A DNA stretch of 64,000 nt from Desulfobacterales bacterium (GTDB lineage Bacteria > Desulfobacterota > Desulfobacteria > Desulfobacterales > UBA2174), in the NCBI GenBank assembly GCA_963668645.2, contig CAXXWC010000021.1:256001-320000 (forward strand). Direction: 5' to 3'. Under the pieces are notes generated by a model. The model saw only the letters and a list, made by a program, of their open reading frames with translations, was not told the origin of the DNA and did not search any database. Both the position numbers and the translations under genes were made by a program. This document shows positions 56,868 through 64,000 of this stretch, piece by piece (the stretch's first letter is position 1; the number at the start of each line of letters is the position of its first letter).

Positions 56868-58985
56868 ATGGCCAAGAGCCTCTACATCGTCGCCCCCCAG
56901 CCCCACAGCGGCAAGTCGGCCGTTGTCCTGGGGGTCATGCAACTGCTGCTGCGCCACGTGCGCAAGGTCGGATTTTTCCGGCCGATCATCAACCCGGTAC
57001 GCCCCGATGGCGAAGATCCGGACATCGATCTGGTCCTTTCACACTTCTACCTCGGCATGCGCTCCAAGGCCAACTGGGCACTGACCATGGACGAGGTCAA
57101 GCAGCTGCTCAACCAGGGCCGCCGGTCCCAGGTGATGGAAATCATCCTCAACCGTTACAAGCAGATCGAATCGCAGCATCAATTCGTGCTTTGCGAGGGG
57201 ACCGATTTTAGTCCGGGCAGCGAAGTCTTCGAGTTCGATCTTAACGCCATGATCGCCGCAAACCTCGGCTGCCCGGCCCTGGTCGTGGTCAACGGCGCCG
57301 GGGAGACGGTCGAAGCGCTGGTCGGCCAAACCCGGCTGGCCATGGAACGGCTGCGCGACAAGGGGGTCGATCTGTTCGGGGTCGTGGTCAACCGGGCCCG
57401 GCCCGAGGCGATGGAAGCCATCGTTGCGGCCCTGCGCAATAACATCGGTGATGCCATCTGTCATGAGTGTCTGTTTTACGCCATTCCGCAGATCGATTCG
57501 CTGGCTCGCCCCACGGTGGGTGACGTGCAAAAAAAGCTGAGCGCAGCGGTGCTCCACGGCCGGGAACATCTCGACAGCCTGATCGAAGACTATGCCGTGG
57601 CGGCCATGCAGTCGTCCAACTTTCTCGGGGAACTTAAACCCAACAGCCTCGTGGTGACCCAGGGCGATCGCACCGATATCATCCTGGCCTGCCTCGCTTC
57701 GCAGATCTCTTCTGCCTTCCCGCCGATTGCGGGGATTCTGCTCACCGGCGGCCTCACCCCGTCGCCAGCTATCGTACGGCTCATCGAAACGATGAACGGC
57801 GTACCGCTGCCGGTGCTGTGCGTCGAGGCGCCGACCTTTCCCGTAGCCGCACAGCTCAACCGTCTCCACGGGCGCATCGCCCCGGGCGACGCCAAGAAGA
57901 TCGCCACGGCCCTGGGGGCTTTCGAAAGCCACATCGACACCCGGCAGTTGCAGGAAAAGCTCGTTACTCACCGCTCGCTGCGCGTCACCCCCAAGATGTT
58001 CGAATACAGCCTGATCGAGAAGGCCAAGCAACACAAACGGCACATCGTACTGCCCGAGGGGGAAAGCGAGCGGATCTTGGCTGCCGCCGACATCCTGCTG
58101 CGGCGCAAGGTCTGCGATCTGACGCTGCTCGGCCGCGAGGCCGAGGTGCGCACCAGGATCTCCAAGTTGGGCCTCGACCTCAGAGCCGTGCCGATCATTT
58201 ACCCGGCCCTGAGCCCGAACTTCGACGACTACGTCTCGACCTACTACACGATGCGCCGCGAAAAAGGCCTCACCCTGGAGCAGGCCCGCGACGCCATGGC
58301 CGACACCACCGTCTTCGGCACCATGATGGTCCACAAGGGCCACGCCGACGGGATGGTCTCCGGCTCGATCCACACCACGGCCCACACCATCACCCCGGCC
58401 TTTCAGATCATCAAGACCCGCCCGGATGCCTCCATCGTCTCTTCGGTGATGCTCATGTGCCTGCGCGACCGGGTTCTGGTCTTCGGCGACTGCGCCGTCA
58501 ACCCCAACCCCACCGCGGCACAATTGGCCGAAATCGCAGCTGTCTCGGCCCACACGGCCCGGATCTTCGGCATCGAACCGCGCGTGGCCATGCTCTCCTA
58601 CTCCACGGGCAACTCGGGCCGCGGCGCCGAGGTGGAAAAGGTGGTCGAAGCCACGGCCATCGCCCGGGAAAAGTACCCTGACCTGCTCCTGGACGGACCG
58701 CTGCAGTACGATGCGGCCATCGATCCGCTGGTGGCCCAAACCAAGCTGCCCGACAGTAAGGTGGCCGGTCGCGCCACGGTCTTTATCTTTCCCGACCTGA
58801 ACACCGGCAACAACACGCACAAGGCCGTGCAGCGGGCCTCGGACGAAGTGGTGGCCATCGGGCCGGTGCTCCAGGGGCTCAACAAGCCGGTCAACGACCT
58901 GAGCCGGGGCTGTACGGTCGCGGATATCGTCAACACCGTCGCCATCACGGCGATCCAGGCCCAGGCCAGCGCGGGTCTGATCTGA
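56868..58985 (+). CDS. pta: Phosphate acetyltransferase, long form (BioD-like, DRTGG and PTA domains)
   Basis: SGKS, CEGTD, GDRTD..LTGG, IVLPEG, DGPLQYDAA, FPDLNTGN and NDLSRG motifs. Confidence 0.95.
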   Translation: MAKSLYIVAPQPHSGKSAVVLGVMQLLLRHVRKVGFFRPIINPVRPDGEDPDIDLVLSHFYLGMRSKANWALTMDEVKQLLNQGRRSQVMEIILNRYKQIESQHQFVLCEGTDFSPGSEVFEFDLNAMIAANLGCPALVVVNGAGETVEALVGQTRLAMERLRDKGVDLFGVVVNRARPEAMEAIVAALRNNIGDAICHECLFYAIPQIDSLARPTVGDVQKKLSAAVLHGREHLDSLIEDYAVAAMQSSNFLGELKPNSLVVTQGDRTDIILACLASQISSAFPPIAGILLTGGLTPSPAIVRLIETMNGVPLPVLCVEAPTFPVAAQLNRLHGRIAPGDAKKIATALGAFESHIDTRQLQEKLVTHRSLRVTPKMFEYSLIEKAKQHKRHIVLPEGESERILAAADILLRRKVCDLTLLGREAEVRTRISKLGLDLRAVPIIYPALSPNFDDYVSTYYTMRREKGLTLEQARDAMADTTVFGTMMVHKGHADGMVSGSIHTTAHTITPAFQIIKTRPDASIVSSVMLMCLRDRVLVFGDCAVNPNPTAAQLAEIAAVSAHTARIFGIEPRVAMLSYSTGNSGRGAEVEKVVEATAIAREKYPDLLLDGPLQYDAAIDPLVAQTKLPDSKVAGRATVFIFPDLNTGNNTHKAVQRASDEVVAIGPVLQGLNKPVNDLSRGCTVADIVNTVAITAIQAQASAGLI

Positions 58986-59249
58986 ACCAGGCGTCCCGGC
59001 ACTCCCAGGCCGAATGGATCCTGCCCTCGCCCGTCCAACTGCAAGGCATTGCACCGCTGCCCAAACGGCACAACCACTTCCAGAGCCACGGCGGCGTTGC
59101 GGCTCGACTTTCCGACAAATCTTGAAAAACAACCGTTGCCGCAGTTTTTTCATACCCGAGGTGTAAAAAACTTGAGGAAATGCATGACGAACCGGCCGCG
59201 GCCTGCTATCCTCGGACGCATCATCCATCACTTTTGAAAAGGAGTCGGC

Positions 59250-59393
59250 TTGGCCAGAACCAACTACAAGTTCGAAAAGCGGCAGAAGGAAATCGCCAAG
59301 AAAAAGAAAAAAGAAGAGAAGCTCAAGCGCAAACAGGAAAAGAATCCTTCCGACGCCGACGAGTCCGCCGACGCCCCACAAACGCCGGGCTGA
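59250..59393 (+). CDS. 47-aa Lys-rich small protein (not in the ORF track)
   Basis: AAAAGGAG RBS, TTG start, MARTNYKFEKRQKEIAKKKKKEEKLKRKQEK... Confidence 0.7.
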   Translation: MARTNYKFEKRQKEIAKKKKKEEKLKRKQEKNPSDADESADAPQTPG

Positions 59394-59490
59394 GCGGTTT
59401 CCGCCACCCGGCGGTCGTAACGAGCCAGGAGCGGTGGGAGGCGATGCCAAAGCAATGGGCATAAAAGTGCAAGGCGGGCAGGATAACAAC

Positions 59491-59524
59491 GGCCCCTTTG
59501 CCGCCCATCGGCAGCAAAGGGGTT
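59491..59524 (-). terminator. Hairpin terminator between convergent genes
   Basis: On the minus strand CCCCTTTGCTGCC-GATG-GGCGGCAAAGGGG followed by CCGTTGTT. Confidence 0.6.
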
Positions 59525-59552
59525 GCCCTGCGTTTTCAGTCGATCGGCCGCA

Positions 59553-61037
59553 CTAACGCAACGTGGAAACCCCGATCGGCACTTCCATTAAGGCCGGCGC
59601 CAACTTCTCGTCCTTGCGGGCCTCGCGTTTGCCCGCTGGATACCACAACCCGATGGCCCGGGCCCCTAGGGGGATGCCGACGGCAGCGGCCACGAGCACC
59701 AGGGTCGTCCAGCCGCCGTAGGTGGCGTAGAAGATCGGACTGAGCGAGACCAGAAACAGCTCGATGGGCGCGATGATGATGTAGGCCAGCCCGTAGTCCT
59801 CCAGGGTCCCGCTCTCGTAGTCTGGATCCACGATGCGCAGCAGAGTGACGCCGAAGGCCACCACCCCGGTACACCAGCCGAAGTTGAAGATTCCGCGTTC
59901 GAACCAATAGTTGTTCAACATCCGCGGGGCCATCACCAACAGGTTGAAGACGACCCACAAAATCCCCACGATCACCAAAAAGAGCAGCGGCTGCCAGAAG
60001 GTGAGCACCACCGAGATCTTGATCGAGGCGATGCCGAAGCCGACCATGAAATCAGATACCCCGCTGCCCATGCGGGTAACGATCTTCTTGTCCACGTAGC
60101 CGTCCAATCCGATGACATGCAAGAGCTTCTGCAGGACCATGGCCGCCAGGATGGCCGTACAGACCTCCGGCATGTAGAGCGGCTTGCCACCGATGGTCAG
60201 CCAGCGGATCGCACCGATCCACTTGGTCAGGTAAAGCCCGGCCAGCGTAGCCGTGCCCACCAGGGCTGCATGCCAGGCCAGCGGATCGATGGACATGGGC
60301 GAAACGGTCGTCTCTCCGATGGGTGTACGTTCCGCAGCCGGGATCAGCCCGGTGCGCAGGGCTTGCGGCAGCGATTCGGCCTCCTTGACGATGCGGGTGT
60401 AGCCGTGCCGCGTAGCGAATCGGATCAGAACCACGCCGCCGAAGATGGCCACCAGCAGTCCGATGGTCGCCATGGTCATTCCCACGGAAATGGCATCGTG
60501 AAAGCCGAACTTTTCCAGGGTCCCACCGATGGCGGTGGCGTAACCGTGTCCGCCGGCGAAGCCTGCCGGCAGCATCCAGGCAAAGCCCTCGTGCAGCGAG
60601 GGCCAAAGCATCTTCATGACCGTCACCCCGAGAACGGCCGCCAGGGCGAACTGAGCCACTTCGGCAAAAACGTTGAACATCAGGGTGCTTCCGGCCTTGT
60701 CGAAGACCTCACGCCGCGACTGGGTGCGCCCCTGACCGATGGGCAGGGTGGCGAACAAGACGACCACCAGCAGCCAGGCGTACTTTCCCATTATCGCGGA
60801 AAAAGGCACTAGGTCGAGCAGTTGGGGGCCGAGCAGGAGGCCGAAAAATCCGGCGATTACCGAAGCCGGGATGAAGTAGTCCTGTAAAATGCCCACCTTG
60901 GCCCGCAGCACCTTGCCGACACAAAGCAACATCGCCATGAAGCCGAAATCCATCAGCACAGCAAGGGGCGCACCCTTCATCACCCCGGCGATCACGGCGG
61001 GATTCTTGACGGCTTCGACAACCAGTTCGGGTGTCAT
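59553..61037 (-). CDS. Sodium/glutamate symporter (GltS/ESS family)
   Basis: IPASVIAG..GLLLGP, GFAGGHG and LLRIVDP motifs; many TM helices. Confidence 0.85.
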   Translation of the reverse strand: MTPELVVEAVKNPAVIAGVMKGAPLAVLMDFGFMAMLLCVGKVLRAKVGILQDYFIPASVIAGFFGLLLGPQLLDLVPFSAIMGKYAWLLVVVLFATLPIGQGRTQSRREVFDKAGSTLMFNVFAEVAQFALAAVLGVTVMKMLWPSLHEGFAWMLPAGFAGGHGYATAIGGTLEKFGFHDAISVGMTMATIGLLVAIFGGVVLIRFATRHGYTRIVKEAESLPQALRTGLIPAAERTPIGETTVSPMSIDPLAWHAALVGTATLAGLYLTKWIGAIRWLTIGGKPLYMPEVCTAILAAMVLQKLLHVIGLDGYVDKKIVTRMGSGVSDFMVGFGIASIKISVVLTFWQPLLFLVIVGILWVVFNLLVMAPRMLNNYWFERGIFNFGWCTGVVAFGVTLLRIVDPDYESGTLEDYGLAYIIIAPIELFLVSLSPIFYATYGGWTTLVLVAAAVGIPLGARAIGLWYPAGKREARKDEKLAPALMEVPIGVSTLR

Positions 61038-61086
61038 ATCGTTTTTTCCTTTGCTCAGTTGACGTTGGTTCGATCGGATGCGGCCG

Positions 61087-62379
61087 TCAGCGGCAGAACT
61101 GGCGGCCGGTGTTCTTCAGGGTGTGCTCGTCGCGCATGTAGTTGGGCGTGCTGGCGTTGCGCTGGATCGCGACGAAGCCTTCTGGCTCGTAGTCCTCGAA
61201 ATCGTAGGCCGGAGCCTGTTCCGGACCGGTCTGACGGCACAAATCGATATGCCGTTCGAGTTTGTCGATGGAAAAGGCGATCAGTTCCTTGAGAAAGCCA
61301 AAGGCATGGCGCATCTGGGTAAAGCCGTACTTTTTCATCAGGGCGTAGCCGTTGACGGCATCTTTTTCGGCCTGCAGCGACGGGTGTTCCTCATGGGTGG
61401 TGCAGGCGCTGTGGATCGAGGGCAGATCGAGACGCCGGTAGACCTGACTCAGCAGTAGGTTGGCCACGTTGTGCGATAGCAGCCCCAGGTCCACGGCGTA
61501 CTGCTTGTGGATACTGGCCACGGACGGCAGTCCGGCCGGCACAACCACGCTGCCCGGATTAACGATCTGAGCCAGGGTGATGCCGAACAAAGCCTCAGCA
61601 TGGGTCAAGGTCAGCAGCCCGGACATCGAATAGGGCGCCGAAAGCCCGGCCATCGGCATGGTCGACACGTAGAGCGGAATTCCCCGCCGAACGCAGTCCA
61701 GAAACGGCGGCAACATGCCGCCAATCACGTTCAACGGGCTGTTAATAATGGAAAACTGCACTGTGATCCCGCCCCGGGTGCGGTGGACGGCTCCGGCCCG
61801 CGCGAGGCCGTCCGGGGTCACGGCCGCCACGTAGATCGGCTTATGAAAATGTTTCACCATCGTGTCGATCACCTCCACCTCGCGGTTGCGCAGCAACACC
61901 CCGCGGGCCATGAAGACGACCTCATCGGCGGCATCGGCGATGCGGGCGATGCGCACCAGATGGTCCAGGGTCGGTTGGATCAGCTCTCCGGTAGCATCAT
62001 CGTGCACGAACGGCGCCGTGCCGCCGATGCCGAAGGCGTTGTCTCCGATCCAGTATTCGGACGCCTTGGGCACGCTCGCCAGGGCCTGCTCCACCAGGGG
62101 CGACAGGATGTAGATGTGACCGTTGGTCTCGTCGTATGCGGCCAGTCCGGTTTCTTCGAAAATCCGGCGCACCTCCGGATCGGGGCAGCGCACGCCCACT
62201 TCTTCCAGCACGCGCAGGGCATCTTCGTGAATCCTGGCAATCAGTGGAAAATCGCTCAGAGACGGCCGTTGATCGCCGGCCGCGGCGTTGATGGGAATCA
62301 CCCGGGCGCCGCGACCCTGGCCGTTACCTTGAGCCAAAACCCTGTTTTGTTCGGTGGCGGCATAAGCTGCAACGTTCAT
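61087..62379 (-). CDS. Trimethylamine methyltransferase (MttB) superfamily protein, non-pyrrolysine and divergent
   Basis: IHEDALRVLEEVGV, INSPL, MAGLSAP...AEAL.G..LAQ..NPG motifs; no in-frame TAG; RBS AGAAAGGA. Confidence 0.8.
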   Translation of the reverse strand: MNVAAYAATEQNRVLAQGNGQGRGARVIPINAAAGDQRPSLSDFPLIARIHEDALRVLEEVGVRCPDPEVRRIFEETGLAAYDETNGHIYILSPLVEQALASVPKASEYWIGDNAFGIGGTAPFVHDDATGELIQPTLDHLVRIARIADAADEVVFMARGVLLRNREVEVIDTMVKHFHKPIYVAAVTPDGLARAGAVHRTRGGITVQFSIINSPLNVIGGMLPPFLDCVRRGIPLYVSTMPMAGLSAPYSMSGLLTLTHAEALFGITLAQIVNPGSVVVPAGLPSVASIHKQYAVDLGLLSHNVANLLLSQVYRRLDLPSIHSACTTHEEHPSLQAEKDAVNGYALMKKYGFTQMRHAFGFLKELIAFSIDKLERHIDLCRQTGPEQAPAYDFEDYEPEGFVAIQRNASTPNYMRDEHTLKNTGRQFCR

Positions 62380-62451
62380 GATTACGTTCCTTTCTAGTTT
62401 GATCATTCAACACGGCCGTCCCGATTTGACCGCTGGATAACCCCGCACATG

Positions 62452-62466
62452 GCAACAGGCGTGCCA
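62452..62466 (-). promoter_or_regulatory. Sigma54 -24/-12 promoter
   Basis: Minus strand reads TGGCACGCCTGTTGC, a consensus match; an AT-rich tract lies upstream. Confidence 0.85.
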
Positions 62467-62712
62467 AAGTCCAAAAATTTTTAAGACATTGTTTTTTATG
62501 AATTATGTGGATTCGACAAAAATCGGAAACTGGGGCGAATATACCCCGGACAAGCTACAACATACTTATATTAAAGCCTATAACGTTGAATCGGGCCGTA
62601 GTGCCCTATCCGGTCGCCCAGGCCCCGTCTGAGGGGTAAAAATATCATCGGGACAGTGCCGGTCCGGCACAGGGCAGCGCTCCAACCCGGACCGTGGCGG
62701 CTCCAGGTCGGG

Positions 62713-63999
<1,287 letters not shown>

Positions 64000-64000
64000 G

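Noticed and set aside
57039..59489. Long antisense or alternate-frame ORFs (e.g. 816 aa opposite pta, 560 aa opposite pduS, 523 aa opposite pduE/G)
   Set aside because: They overlap well-supported genes, have no motifs, and are expected shadows in high-GC DNA.
61087..62379. Pyrrolysine recoding in the MttB homolog
   Set aside because: The ORF has no in-frame amber codon and no pyl genes are in the window.

Overview
GC-rich bacterial chromosomal window. Gene content suggests an anaerobic Desulfobacterota/Desulfobacterales-type organism (inference). Five blocks are present. (1) 1-16.3 kb: the 3' end of a PfaA-like PKS gene, an inserted helicase/Cys-rich/sigma54-activator block, then a PfaC-like KS-CLF-DH gene followed directly by oleABCD (long-chain olefin synthesis). 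(2) pdxK with a structured upstream RNA, and a disrupted signal-peptide/dockerin/serpin gene. (3) 19-35.8 kb: a histidine utilisation region (hutH, long hutU, hutI, split formiminotransferase/cyclodeaminase, hutC). A HutC-type box also heads an operon of two acyl-CoA dehydrogenases, a Liv-type ABC transporter, a class III CoA-transferase and hutU, which is a candidate imidazole-propionate/urocanate CoA pathway. (4) 36-59 kb: a PocR-domain sensor kinase and NarL-type regulator, a cobalamin riboswitch with terminator in front of a stand-alone receiver protein, and an atypical B12-dependent diol dehydratase microcompartment locus (CcmP-like and GrpU-like shell proteins, no pduQ/pduL/pduW, long pta). 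(5) A sigma54-driven non-pyrrolysine MttB-family gene plus a GltS-type symporter and its activator. Several single-base frameshifts (oleC, oleD, serpin, pduG) may be long-read errors. No CRISPR array, tRNA, rRNA or transposase was recognised.
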